DNA of 64,000 bases from Bacteroides sp. CAG:443 (GTDB lineage Bacteria > Bacteroidota > Bacteroidia > Bacteroidales > Bacteroidaceae): assembly GCA_000432735.1 (NCBI GenBank), contig FR887775.1:21074-85073 (forward strand). Reading direction: 5' to 3'. Shown here in pieces: positions 1 to 9,856 of the stretch. The position numbers were made by a program, and so were the translations under genes. Numbering within the stretch: position 1 is the first letter of the stretch; each line of letters starts with the position of its first letter. The notes under the pieces are model-generated. The model was not told the DNA's origin. It saw nothing but the letters and a program-made list of their open reading frames with translations, and searched no databases.

Positions 1-104
1 TTTTCTTTACTGACAATTACAAGAGTTTCCGGTACTAAAAGATCAGTTATCTTTGAAAATTCTTCTCGGTATGAAGAAAAGAAGATACCGAAAGGCTGGT
101 CATT

Positions 105-164
105 TTTTGTACAAAAGATTTTGTTTTTTGTACAAAAAAATAAAAAAATCTCCCGACGTTTTCT
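105..164. repeat. Two palindromic TTTTGTACAAAA boxes 21 bp centre-to-centre (105-116, 126-137) followed by CGACGTTTTCT (154-164). The same composite motif recurs at 23743-23798.
   Basis: Read directly from the sequence. Perfect palindromes with identical spacing at both loci. Confidence 0.4.
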
Positions 165-279
165 ATTACATACCGAGAGACTCCTTCTACCCTAACACAG
201 CGTTTTGCCGCTATAAACGAAACGAGTCCAGTATTAACATACCGGACTCGGATAAATACAGACTTATTAAATAATCTTT

Positions 280-894
280 TTACTGCTTTTCGAGTTCAAA
301 GCCCAACTGAAGTCCTTCGTACTGATTCAGCAGAGAGGTAGCTGCACTGATAGTAGAATTATTCTTACCTAATGTACCTCCAATGGTCTGAGCCAGCGAC
401 ATCAGCTTGTCTGCCTTGAAAAGCAGACTCATCTTGTTGGGCGATAATGCCTGCTGCGATACGATTGCCGTAAACTTAATGCCCAATCTCGTCTTCATGG
501 TCAGTTCTTTTGTATCGGCATTATAAGAATAAGTTCCACTGGTAGTACGACCTTTCACTGTCGAAGTATACGTACTGTCGGCTTTGAAAACGTACGTACA
601 TCCGTCGGTAAAACCAAGTTTGGAAAGTACATCCGACATTTTATCTTCCACTTTTTTCGATGCGAGTTCTCCACCAGCCTGTGCCAGGAAGTTGTCACTC
701 TCAAACTTACAGTCTGGAGCCGTGTATTTCCAGGTTCCTTCCAAGGATACTCCTGATGAAGTTGTCACTTTATTGGCAACAGCATTTGCCACACCCGAAA
801 GAATAGATTTCAGGTCTTGTGCTTGAGCTGCACTACTTGCCACATACAGAAAGCATGACAAGCAGATTAATCTGATAATGTTCATTCGTTTCAT
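280..894 (-). CDS. Small secreted protein with a signal peptide, possibly lipocalin-like/DUF4923-like. It is the last gene of the fimbrillin-like operon.
   Basis: 204-aa ORF beginning MKRMNIIRLICLSCFLYVASSAAQAQ. The strong signal peptide makes a real CDS likely. The family call is a guess. Confidence 0.5.
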   Translation of the reverse strand: MKRMNIIRLICLSCFLYVASSAAQAQDLKSILSGVANAVANKVTTSSGVSLEGTWKYTAPDCKFESDNFLAQAGGELASKKVEDKMSDVLSKLGFTDGCTYVFKADSTYTSTVKGRTTSGTYSYNADTKELTMKTRLGIKFTAIVSQQALSPNKMSLLFKADKLMSLAQTIGGTLGKNNSTISAATSLLNQYEGLQLGFELEKQ

Positions 895-1071
895 TTTCTT
901 ACGTTCTTTTTATTAATTGAATCAATCTATCATTTTTTAGGATAAATCGATATGCAAAGATAATAATTTCAGCTAAAAGGGAAAGAAATATGATAAAATA
1001 AAATCGGGCACAATACCTGCCAAAAAATCTGCGTGTTCAGGATAATTGTGCCCAACTTTGTGAGAAGAAAA

Positions 1072-3342
1072 TTACTGGTAGATATATTCAACTGCCGATT
1101 TTATGAAACGGACGTTACGGGTATTATTCGCTCCCGCACCGTTATGTTCTAGACTAGCATTGCCTCCTCTTACCAACCAGCCCGTAATATTAGGATTACA
1201 ACAAGCCAAAAGTATCCAGTTGTTGTTAATTCCAGCGTTACTCCATTGGCAACCTACTCCATAAAATGTCAGCGGCTCATCACCGTGCCCTGCCACACTT
1301 CTGACAGAAAAACTCCACAGTTCACCCAAATCGTGTCCGTCAAGCTGTACGCCTGAACGTTTTTCCAAGATAATTTCGCTACGATACTGTCTGCTGTCGG
1401 CATAATTCAGTGGATAAAATCCTCCCCAGCTGGTTGGTATGGTGAATCTGGCCAGAATATTATTATAGTCATTCAAAGTAGGCATTTCGTAACCATCGGG
1501 CGAAAGCGAAGTAGCCGATTCCTTGTTAATATGGTTCGCTTCACTGCTACGCCATCCGTCCAGTGTTACTTTATCGTCACGATATACAGCCTGCAAGGCA
1601 ATACCGTCGTTCCCTTCGTAGGCAGCATTCCACAAGCGCACATATTCGTCCGAAGAACAAGTCTTGAGGTATTCCTGTACCGTCTGTCCTGCAAGACGTG
1701 CCGGATCGTCGGAACTCAAAATCTGGTCGTCAAAGTTTCTGGAGTTGCCAATCGCGTTGTAACGACACCACCAGGTACCATTCAGATAAGTGACCGGCAA
1801 TCCATAGTTGCGACGTGCCACTGTATATACTTCGGTTGCCTGCTTGTCCGCAATACGGCGTACTACCAGTCGTGCAGCCTGTCGGCGTCCGTCGGCTTTC
1901 GGGTCATTGGGCTTCCATCCTCCTACTACGCGGTAAGTATTTGTATCGTCCTCTGTCTTTTCCACTTTCACCCAAGGATCCTCATTATCAAATTCGGCAA
2001 CAAGCTCCATACCTTCAGGCATGGTAAAGCGTCCCATCTCATTGTCAACGTAACGGCCGAAGTCGCAGGTATAGTTCTGACGGTCGAATACAAGTCCTTC
2101 CAGTTGAATAGGATTCGCTTCCAGTACCAGCGTGATACAATCCTCCTCATAACTTTCGTTCAATCCTTTGCGATGGAAATAAACCTTTACCGATTCTTGC
2201 GGATAACCCGGAGGAAGGAGTGTTTTGTGAAACACGAAACGATTCTGTCGCTCACCGGTTCCTTCAGCAGGTGCAGGCTCTACCGTGATGTCTGAACTTT
2301 GTGAAGAAACAAACTCCAGCTCATCATCGCAATCGAATGCCAAGGTAAAGTCCATCGCTTTGCTAGGCAAAGAAACCACCTTGCCCGATTCGGACACGGT
2401 TATTCCTTCCGGCAAGACAGAAGCACTCTTGTCGACGGTTATGGAGCCGTCCAGATCAGGGCGCAACGCAACGTCGCCTCCATCTTCCCATGCGGCAACC
2501 TCCAACTGGATATCTGCCGACAAAGCATCCTTGCGTACGGTAAGTGTATAGACAGCATTACGCTTCACCACCGCCGGCAAATCGGCTTCCTTTACATAAG
2601 TCTTTCCACCCATTTCCATTGTGACGGCAACTTTCAGCTGCGGATTAGCCTGTTCGCATACGTAAGCTATGCCCGAAAGATCCTGCGTCAACGGTTCCGG
2701 GAAATCAACCTGCATATCCTGTACAGCAGCTCCCTCGGGAGAAGCAACTTCATCCCGCGGTATCAGATAAGATGCTTGCATCACATTTTTCAGCGTCAGA
2801 CTCTTTACAGAAATAACACCTCCTGCTCTGAGAAGCAGATCGAAACGGGCTGTTCCATGCTTCAGCGTGACGGGAAGTACAGTCTGTCCCTGCTGTTCCT
2901 TCAAATCTATCTTGCCTGTAAAAAAGCGAGGAGCCTTCCCCTCTTCGGCTTTCACCGTAGTGTTCAGCCAATCCTGTTCCGTAGTACCTTTCTCCTTCAT
3001 CTGCTTCAAGTCGATAATGTCAGCTGCATTGGCAAGCATGTAAAGGGTACCCGACATACTCTTCAGCTTCAGCGAATAAGAGTCAGACGAATTACTCAGG
3101 TTAGTGTAGACTTCAGTCATCAGACCATTTTCGAACAGGCAAGCCTGCATATTCTCTATTTCGTTTTCTCCTTCGAGCGAAGAAACTCTCCCGTCTACCT
3201 GAAAAGCCGAAACACTGGCTTGAACAACGGCCGGAGCTTCGAAGCCGTTCTGTCCGGCCTCGTATTCATCCGAACACGAAGCCACCAGAAAAGCCGAAAG
3301 CAATACGGCAAATAGGCCTAAACAGTTTCTTTTATATATCAT
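1072..3342 (-). CDS. Fimbrillin-like (type V pilus Mfa/FimA-like) lipoprotein with a C-terminal FISUMP-like (Fibrobacter succinogenes major paralogous) domain.
   Basis: 756 aa. It has a lipoprotein signal (..LVASCSDEY) and an N-terminal motif MQACLFENGLMTEVYTNL shared with the 3372 and 4292 paralogues. The C-terminal 300 aa carry GLPVTYLNGTWWCRYN ... DGYEMPTLNDYNNIL ... NVRFIKS. The same domain is shared with the 4292..6547 paralogue. Confidence 0.6.
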   Translation of the reverse strand: MIYKRNCLGLFAVLLSAFLVASCSDEYEAGQNGFEAPAVVQASVSAFQVDGRVSSLEGENEIENMQACLFENGLMTEVYTNLSNSSDSYSLKLKSMSGTLYMLANAADIIDLKQMKEKGTTEQDWLNTTVKAEEGKAPRFFTGKIDLKEQQGQTVLPVTLKHGTARFDLLLRAGGVISVKSLTLKNVMQASYLIPRDEVASPEGAAVQDMQVDFPEPLTQDLSGIAYVCEQANPQLKVAVTMEMGGKTYVKEADLPAVVKRNAVYTLTVRKDALSADIQLEVAAWEDGGDVALRPDLDGSITVDKSASVLPEGITVSESGKVVSLPSKAMDFTLAFDCDDELEFVSSQSSDITVEPAPAEGTGERQNRFVFHKTLLPPGYPQESVKVYFHRKGLNESYEEDCITLVLEANPIQLEGLVFDRQNYTCDFGRYVDNEMGRFTMPEGMELVAEFDNEDPWVKVEKTEDDTNTYRVVGGWKPNDPKADGRRQAARLVVRRIADKQATEVYTVARRNYGLPVTYLNGTWWCRYNAIGNSRNFDDQILSSDDPARLAGQTVQEYLKTCSSDEYVRLWNAAYEGNDGIALQAVYRDDKVTLDGWRSSEANHINKESATSLSPDGYEMPTLNDYNNILARFTIPTSWGGFYPLNYADSRQYRSEIILEKRSGVQLDGHDLGELWSFSVRSVAGHGDEPLTFYGVGCQWSNAGINNNWILLACCNPNITGWLVRGGNASLEHNGAGANNTRNVRFIKSAVEYIYQ

Positions 3343-3371
3343 TTTTCTTATCAGTCAGAATATTATTGCAA

Positions 3372-4262
3372 TTACAGTTGAGGAATAATCTCAGTATCAT
3401 CACCCGGTTCCCAGTCTTCGATACCTACTTTTACCACGATGTCTATATCGTTCTTGCGTACAGTGATAGTATAAATGGCATTACGCTTCAGGTTACCTTC
3501 CAACGTTTTTGTCAGTACTTTAGGCTGTCCGTCTATTACAGCATTGATACTTACCTCCAAACCTTTGTTTTCCTGCTCGTACACATAGAGCACAGCCGGA
3601 GTAGAAGCTGTAAGCGGAGTATCGAAAGCTACAGTCATATCCTTGCGGGTTACGTTTTCGGGTGATTTCACTCCTTCATTCTGTGGAAGCAGATACCCCG
3701 ACTGCGCCACATTTTTTATTGTCAGGCTCTCGATAGATGCCGTTCCGGCTACATCCACATTCAAATCGAAACGAGCCACACCACGCTTCAAGGTCAACGT
3801 CTGTGATGTCTGGTTTTCTCCATTAAGGGTCAACATTCCGGTAAATACGTTGGCAGCCTTATTCTCTTTCAAGCCTATGGTTGTAGCTTTCCATTTATCT
3901 TCGCTGATGCCATCGGCCTGCATCTGCTGCAAGTTCAACAGTCCGTCGGCATTGGCTACCATATACACCGTAGCATCGTAACTATCTATTTGCAGGTTAT
4001 AGCCATTACTTGCTGGTTGCAAGTTCTCAAAAACTTTAGTCATTATTCCTTTTTCGAACACACATGCCTTCATGTCTGTAATCGTATTCTCTCCAGCAAG
4101 TTCCTGTCCGGTTCCTTCGTAGGCCACCTGACGAGTAGCAATCGTCAGCTGATGCAGAGTTCCACCCAAATCTCCGTTTACATCATTATCCTTAGAACAT
4201 GAACCCAAAGCCATTCCCAATAAAACAACACTTACTAATCCTAAATTTTTCATTTTTACCAT
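3372..4262 (-). CDS. Short fimbrillin-family subunit (FimB/Mfa2-like anchor or stalk-sized).
   Basis: 296 aa with a lipoprotein signal (GMALGSCSKD). It shares the KACVFEKGIMTKVFENL motif with the flanking large fimbrillin-like proteins. Confidence 0.55.
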   Translation of the reverse strand: MVKMKNLGLVSVVLLGMALGSCSKDNDVNGDLGGTLHQLTIATRQVAYEGTGQELAGENTITDMKACVFEKGIMTKVFENLQPASNGYNLQIDSYDATVYMVANADGLLNLQQMQADGISEDKWKATTIGLKENKAANVFTGMLTLNGENQTSQTLTLKRGVARFDLNVDVAGTASIESLTIKNVAQSGYLLPQNEGVKSPENVTRKDMTVAFDTPLTASTPAVLYVYEQENKGLEVSINAVIDGQPKVLTKTLEGNLKRNAIYTITVRKNDIDIVVKVGIEDWEPGDDTEIIPQL

Positions 4263-4291
4263 TCTTTCTTTATTTGTGATTCTTTTGATTA

Positions 4292-6547
4292 TTATTCATA
4301 AATATATTCAACCGGAGTCTTTACACATCGTATCGTCCGGGTTTTCTGCGCATTGTGGTTTGCATACTTAAACCAGTTTCCACTGCCGTTACTCTTGGGG
4401 TACCCCTCTATGAGCCAAGTATTATTGGCATTTCCGTAAGTCGCATATAGTACCGCCATCTTCGAGATACTTTTATCTCCCCACTGATGCCCCAAACCAA
4501 ATATCGTCCAGTGAGTACCATTGTAAACGAAGTCGTACAGACCAACCGTACCGTATTCCACTCCATCGACTGTCAATATACGTTCTGCCACCGAGAAATT
4601 CAGTCGTTGTCCCAGATTATTGTTAAATACGCCCCAAGTGTCATATCCCAAATTACTGTTGTTGTTCCACGTAAAGAAACGGTAATTATCATAATTCGGA
4701 ACCTGATAACCATCTGGAGCCATTTCCGTTGGATCCATCGTTCCAAAGTTTCCGGATGTACTCTGATAGCCTTTGTAGTAGAATGTGTCAGCTTCGTGTG
4801 TCAGCTTCAAACCGTCAAGATTGCCAGCCTGATACTGATCTCCCATGGCTTTCAACAATTCTTCGTCGGTACACGTCTTCAGGTAATCGAAAACAGTCGT
4901 ACCCTCTGCAACCGGATCGTCTTTTACCAAAATCTGGTCAGCAAAATTTTTCACATTTCCGCGCAAGTTATATTTACACCACCATGTTCCATTTACATTG
5001 ACTACCGGCAATCCCCAATTTTGTCTTTTGATCGTATAAGTCTCCGGATGTCCTCCGCCTGTATCCGTAACCAGCAAATGTGCCTCCTGTATGCGTCCGT
5101 CGGCTTCCGGATCATTCGGTTTCCAGCCGGCAATAATCCGGTAACTACCCGCGGCTTCATCTGCTTCCACTTTCATCCAGGGAGCAGTACCTACAATTTC
5201 GGCAGTCAGTTTCTTCCCTTCCGGCAAAGTCAGAACCCCAAGTTCACCATCAACATATCCGTTGAAGTCGCACACAGCATCGCCGCTAAAACGGAGCTTG
5301 CCCGTCAGTTTAATCGGACTCGGACGGAAAACCAGTACGACACGTCCGGTACAGACATCCCCTTTATATACATCCAGATAAATGTATTCCTGCACACTTC
5401 CCGGCATCTTCCGGATGCTGCTGACATCCACTTGAGCCACTTGTTGCAAGCTGCGTGTCATAACCTGCGAAGTCACATTAACTCCTTCTACCTTGCCGTC
5501 TATCACCAGACGGGTTCCCTCTTCTGCCATCAGAGCCAGATGAAGATTGCTTTCCAGATAAGGCACAAAGACAGAATCGCCACGCTCGTTGATTTCTACT
5601 CCTTCCGACAATTCAGAAGCGGCCTGATCAATCAACCCCTTCAATACTTGTCCGGACTCTGACGAAGCACCGTTTTCCCAGTCATCGGTCATTACTTCCA
5701 CACGGGCATCTGCTCCATTGCCATACACCTTCAATGTATAGATTGTATTACGCTTTATGACTGGAAGCGATGTTTTCAGGCGATGCCACGCTCCGTCGGC
5801 AGTTGTAATCATCAATTCCACATTGTATGGTCCGCTTCCCTGCTCACACACATAAAACAGCGTTTCTTTTCCATTCTCAAAAGGAGTTCCTCCAAAATCT
5901 TTTACCAGATCGGCAGCTTCAGCTCCAGCAGCAGAATGTACTTCCACTTGCTCATTGACGAAACCGGACGGTATTATACTTTTTATTTTCAAGCTATTTA
6001 CTTTCACTCCTTCGAATGAAGAATCCAAGTCAATACGAGAAACGCTACGTTTCATGGTAACTGTAGCAGTCGTCATCTCTCTGTTTAGTTCTACCTGTCC
6101 AGTCATCACGATGCCCGACGCTGTGAGCTCTTTGGCTGTAGCCTGCAAGTTCAGAAATTCTTCCAAAGTGGTTTTTCCTGCCTGCAAGGAAGCCTTGCGG
6201 ATAATATCCGCTGCATTAGCCAAAAAATACACCGTTCCGCGCATCTGCAACGGCTGTAAATGACAGGTTCCGTCCGCATCGGGATTCAGACGGTCGAAGA
6301 TTTCTTCCAGTATCCCTTCTTCAAATCGAAAACCTTGTACCTCATTTACACGGCTTTCGGCATCAGATGTTTCTCCTTCAGCCATACCGACCGCCATCAG
6401 ACGTACGCCTACCGTACCAGCCGGCAGGGTTCCTTGTATATTGTCATCCGAGCTGCAACTACAGAAAAACAATACCAACAGGCTACATATCCATCCTATA
6501 TTCTTTATTTTATTCATTTTTCCTATCGTTATCATTATCTTATTCAA
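4292..6547 (-). CDS. Fimbrillin-like lipoprotein with a C-terminal FISUMP-like domain (paralogue of 1072..3342).
   Basis: 751 aa with a lipoprotein signal (FFCSCSSDD). It carries the VQGFRFEEGILEEIFDRL motif. The C-terminal region is collinear with 1072..3342 (WKPNDPEADGR..., GLPVVNVNGTWWCKYN, ...PVEYIYE). Confidence 0.6.
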   Translation of the reverse strand: MNKIMITIGKMNKIKNIGWICSLLVLFFCSCSSDDNIQGTLPAGTVGVRLMAVGMAEGETSDAESRVNEVQGFRFEEGILEEIFDRLNPDADGTCHLQPLQMRGTVYFLANAADIIRKASLQAGKTTLEEFLNLQATAKELTASGIVMTGQVELNREMTTATVTMKRSVSRIDLDSSFEGVKVNSLKIKSIIPSGFVNEQVEVHSAAGAEAADLVKDFGGTPFENGKETLFYVCEQGSGPYNVELMITTADGAWHRLKTSLPVIKRNTIYTLKVYGNGADARVEVMTDDWENGASSESGQVLKGLIDQAASELSEGVEINERGDSVFVPYLESNLHLALMAEEGTRLVIDGKVEGVNVTSQVMTRSLQQVAQVDVSSIRKMPGSVQEYIYLDVYKGDVCTGRVVLVFRPSPIKLTGKLRFSGDAVCDFNGYVDGELGVLTLPEGKKLTAEIVGTAPWMKVEADEAAGSYRIIAGWKPNDPEADGRIQEAHLLVTDTGGGHPETYTIKRQNWGLPVVNVNGTWWCKYNLRGNVKNFADQILVKDDPVAEGTTVFDYLKTCTDEELLKAMGDQYQAGNLDGLKLTHEADTFYYKGYQSTSGNFGTMDPTEMAPDGYQVPNYDNYRFFTWNNNSNLGYDTWGVFNNNLGQRLNFSVAERILTVDGVEYGTVGLYDFVYNGTHWTIFGLGHQWGDKSISKMAVLYATYGNANNTWLIEGYPKSNGSGNWFKYANHNAQKTRTIRCVKTPVEYIYE

Positions 6548-6559
6548 ACTATCAGGTAT

Positions 6560-8410
6560 TTATTTGTATCTATGAGGATTAGTCTTACTGTTCAAATAAT
6601 TGGGTGAATCTATCGGGAATCTGCTAAGATTCTGAACATAAAAATTGTTCATCAACTTTTCAGCCCATGGACCGTACGTAAACGAACTGCTATGACCATA
6701 TCCCATTACATGCCCTAACTCATGAAACATGATACTGCATGAATAGGTATTCCAATAATGCTCGAACCAGGCTTGCTGATAAGCTCCGAAGGTACTACCT
6801 CCTCCTAATCCTAAGACACCGTTTCCTGGATAAACCAGTCCGACCTTCAAGCTACGTTTCTGACGCATCTGACTCAATACTTTCTCTACCTGTATAGGAT
6901 TCTTATTGTCGTCGTAAAGCTTATCGGCATTCTCACGTAAGATTTGTTCATGTTCAGGCATATCGACCATATAAGTGAAGTTAAGGAACATAGCTACAGA
7001 TTCGCGGCAATGCACAGGACGGATTCCCATCCAGTTTCCAGCCGGACCTCCATCTTCCCGTTCAGGATCGCCACCATATAAGCCCCAGTAAATATCCCAT
7101 CCATGTTCTATTTTAATCAGTTTAGCCCAATAAGGATCGGTCGACTCTACCTTAAATTCCGCTCCAGCCAACTCGGACGCTTGCAGTTGAGGAACTTCAA
7201 TCTGTCGTCCAGACTCAGTGCGGCACATAGATGAACGTTGTACCAAAGGCGAAGTTTCGTAAAAATCGGCAAATCCCGGAATCGTATCGAAATAAGCAAC
7301 ATCGAAATATTCATCGCTTACCGCCGGAATGCGTACCTTAATCAAAGCACTACCCAAATTACGTGGGGAGTAAAAACGTGCATGTAACTGTCCTTCATCC
7401 GTAAAACTCAACTGAAGTGGCTGTGCCGTATTGAACTTTCTTTGAGAAGGATCCGTATATACTTCTTTAGGTTCATCATCCTGCAAAATTTTGGTATGCT
7501 TGCCTTCGGCATAAGCAGATGTCGTAAGAAACATCACGACCGATTTATCATCAGGATGATTAACCTTTGTTTCAATCTGATGAATGTGATTGGGTTCCAT
7601 TTCCTTTTGAGAGAAAGCATATACCTGATTTACATCCTTGCCTCGGTAATTGCGGGTGCGTATATTGATTTCTCCTGTCAGCACAGAGCCCTTTGCCAGA
7701 GGCATAAAATTATAAGAAGCATTTTCTCCTAATAATAATCCTTGCAGTGTACCATCACTTTCGCCAGCCATATCGCCATTACCAGAAAGTGACGTATAGA
7801 AATAGACCTGATTAAACGAAACATTCTTCGATGTTACAGCTGTACGCACATACGGATTATTATACGCGAAACCAAAGTCAATCCGGCTGATGATTCGCTG
7901 CTGTTTTACATCCTGACGGATTGCTGCAACTTCTTGTTTACCTCCCTCACCTTCTTGCACTGTTACCGCAAACGGAGTCTGTGAATAAAAATACTCAGCA
8001 TCCAGCGGCTTCTGCAAATCTGCCGGAAATTCTAACCAGGTTTCATCGGCATTATTCAAATCGTGGATTGTTGCTCCATCCTGACTTTCATCACCTTTCA
8101 CTCCTAATACCAGCAAGCGATAATTCCCTTCATGTAAACCTTCCACATAAATTTCGGCCGTCAACGGATTATACTTACTCTTTGTATTCTGCACTCGATT
8201 TCCATTTTCATCAACAATGCAGTATTCCAGCCGATCATAACGAGATTCTTCCAGTGTTGAAGCACGCGAAAGAACATCGTTGTATCCCACATCGTAAAGT
8301 TTGAAAACTGCTTCCGGCTTGTCCGTGTTTGTTACATTATCCCATTCTTCCCGGCTACAAGCCATCAGCAACAGGCTACATAAAAATGTAATTAAAGTAA
8401 TTTTCTTCAT
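6560..8410 (-). CDS. Lipoprotein with a C-terminal metzincin-type zinc metalloprotease motif (HExxHxxGxxHS). It is the first gene of the fimbrillin-like operon.
   Basis: 616 aa beginning MKKITLITFLCSLLLMACS. The C-terminus carries MFHELGHVMGYGHSSS. Confidence 0.6.
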   Translation of the reverse strand: MKKITLITFLCSLLLMACSREEWDNVTNTDKPEAVFKLYDVGYNDVLSRASTLEESRYDRLEYCIVDENGNRVQNTKSKYNPLTAEIYVEGLHEGNYRLLVLGVKGDESQDGATIHDLNNADETWLEFPADLQKPLDAEYFYSQTPFAVTVQEGEGGKQEVAAIRQDVKQQRIISRIDFGFAYNNPYVRTAVTSKNVSFNQVYFYTSLSGNGDMAGESDGTLQGLLLGENASYNFMPLAKGSVLTGEINIRTRNYRGKDVNQVYAFSQKEMEPNHIHQIETKVNHPDDKSVVMFLTTSAYAEGKHTKILQDDEPKEVYTDPSQRKFNTAQPLQLSFTDEGQLHARFYSPRNLGSALIKVRIPAVSDEYFDVAYFDTIPGFADFYETSPLVQRSSMCRTESGRQIEVPQLQASELAGAEFKVESTDPYWAKLIKIEHGWDIYWGLYGGDPEREDGGPAGNWMGIRPVHCRESVAMFLNFTYMVDMPEHEQILRENADKLYDDNKNPIQVEKVLSQMRQKRSLKVGLVYPGNGVLGLGGGSTFGAYQQAWFEHYWNTYSCSIMFHELGHVMGYGHSSSFTYGPWAEKLMNNFYVQNLSRFPIDSPNYLNSKTNPHRYK

Positions 8411-8484
8411 TCGTTCTACTGCTTTTACTATATCAAAGTTTTCTTATAAATTTCGTTTATCCTGTCGTATTTGCAAAACGATTG

Positions 8485-8492
8485 CAAAGTTA
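8485..8492 (-). promoter_or_regulatory. Candidate Bacteroides -7 element (TAACTTTG on the minus strand) about 75 nt upstream of the 6560..8410 start.
   Basis: CAAAGTTA on the plus strand matches the TAnnTTTG consensus on the minus strand. A TTTGCAAA palindrome lies immediately adjacent. Confidence 0.25.
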
Positions 8493-8735
8493 CATAGTTA
8501 TACACGTATATTATCCTCCATATTTTCCGTAAAAGAAACGCTCCCTAATCTTGTTTTGTTCGGACTCTTAAAGAAAAAAATTGAAAAGTTCGGCTACTGA
8601 TTTCATGTTCAATCCATGATATATCGGTTTATAAGTTTCATAATGAAGCAATTCCAAATAAACCGTATTAAGTAAACAAATGTAACACCCGTTGATTTTT
8701 TTATTGAAACAGATCGTAAATTCCTGGCTTTTATG

Positions 8736-8743
8736 TAAATTTG
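8736..8743 (+). promoter_or_regulatory. Candidate Bacteroides -7 promoter element TAAATTTG upstream of the yitT-like gene.
   Basis: Matches TAnnTTTG 23 nt before the ATG at 8766. Confidence 0.3.
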
Positions 8744-8765
8744 TTGCATAAAAATAAGATCAATT

Positions 8766-9728
8766 ATGAAGAATACACTCTGTCCATGGCTCAATATTCT
8801 GATAGGATGCATTATTGTAGCAGCTGGTTTTGTCTTTTTTATCAATCCATATAATATTGTTCCGGGAGGAGCTTACGGAGCAAGTATCGTACTTCATAAC
8901 CTTTTTCCATCCATACAGGTCGGAACTTTCGGATACATGTTCGATATTCCGCTACTTGTTCTGTCGGTCATCCTGCTGGGAACAAAACTCGGAGCGCGAA
9001 CCATTGCTGCGGCTCTTACGACTCCCCTCCTGATGAATATGATGTCGAAAATGGCATACCCTACGGAAGAAGCACTTCATGCACTCGACCCTTCTCAACT
9101 GATAGGAGGAACAATGAATCTGTCCGACCATTTGATGTTGGCTTGCGTCATGGGCGCAACGCTAATCGGCATCGGAACGGGAATCGTTGTTCGTAATCAA
9201 GCTACAACCGGAGGAAGTGATATTGTAGGAATGTTACTTCAGAAATACTGTCACATACGTTTTTCGAAAGCGATCTTGCTGGTAGACGGTGCTGTAGTAT
9301 GCTTTGGACTACTTGTTATCGGTTTCGGTATAGGCAGTGCAGAAGATTCCACACAGCCGTCATGGCATTTGTCTTTCTATTCACTGATTGCAATCTTTAT
9401 TATCTCACGTGTTATCGCCTATATGATAAACGGTTCAAAGAATGACAAGTTGATATTCGTTATCAGTGACAAGCAGATGACTGCACTTCACTCATATATA
9501 CTAAAAGATCTGGACCGTACGGCTACTTGCATAAAAAGCAGCGGACTTTATACTGGTAAAGAAAAAGAAATGATATTCCTTGTGGTAAGTTACAAGGAGG
9601 TAGCTGGAGTAAAGCATACCATCAAAGCGGCCGATCCCAAAGCATTCGTCGTCGTCACCGACGCATACGATACTTTTGGAGAAGGTTGGAAACAACTGCC
9701 TTCACCTAACGAAATCGATCCGGAATAA
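8766..9728 (+). CDS. YitT-family membrane protein (DUF161 membrane domain plus C-terminal DUF2179).
   Basis: 320 aa. Several hydrophobic segments are followed by a soluble C-terminal domain (..LDRTATCIKSSGLYTGKEKEMIFLVVSYKEVAGVKHTIKAADPKAFVVVTDAYDTFGEGW), which is typical of YitT. Confidence 0.65.
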   Translation: MKNTLCPWLNILIGCIIVAAGFVFFINPYNIVPGGAYGASIVLHNLFPSIQVGTFGYMFDIPLLVLSVILLGTKLGARTIAAALTTPLLMNMMSKMAYPTEEALHALDPSQLIGGTMNLSDHLMLACVMGATLIGIGTGIVVRNQATTGGSDIVGMLLQKYCHIRFSKAILLVDGAVVCFGLLVIGFGIGSAEDSTQPSWHLSFYSLIAIFIISRVIAYMINGSKNDKLIFVISDKQMTALHSYILKDLDRTATCIKSSGLYTGKEKEMIFLVVSYKEVAGVKHTIKAADPKAFVVVTDAYDTFGEGWKQLPSPNEIDPE

Positions 9729-9856
9729 GCTTGACTATCTGAGTTTCATTTCAGTAATTCGGGTACAAGAATCTGTAATCTGTTTATGTTCTGTTAGCAT
9801 AAAGTCCGGTATTTTTGTGGTACATAAAAAACGATAACCATATAAAAACATGTACC

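Noticed and set aside
53-274. 73-aa Lys/Arg-rich ORF at the window start, and the similar 69-aa ORF at 23594..23803
   Set aside because: Both run through the A/T-rich TTTTGTACAAAA box regions. They are almost certainly non-coding regulatory DNA.
1531-2295. 254-aa plus-strand ORF, and several others (1815..2027, 2285..2551, 2776..3315), lying inside the 1072..3342 fimbrillin-like gene
   Set aside because: They are antisense to a long, well-supported lipoprotein gene. Their composition is low-complexity and shows no domain features. These are typical shadow ORFs.
4487-5662. 391-aa ORF antisense to the 4292..6547 fimbrillin-like gene
   Set aside because: It is a shadow ORF. The sense-strand gene has a signal peptide, a lipobox and a paralogue.
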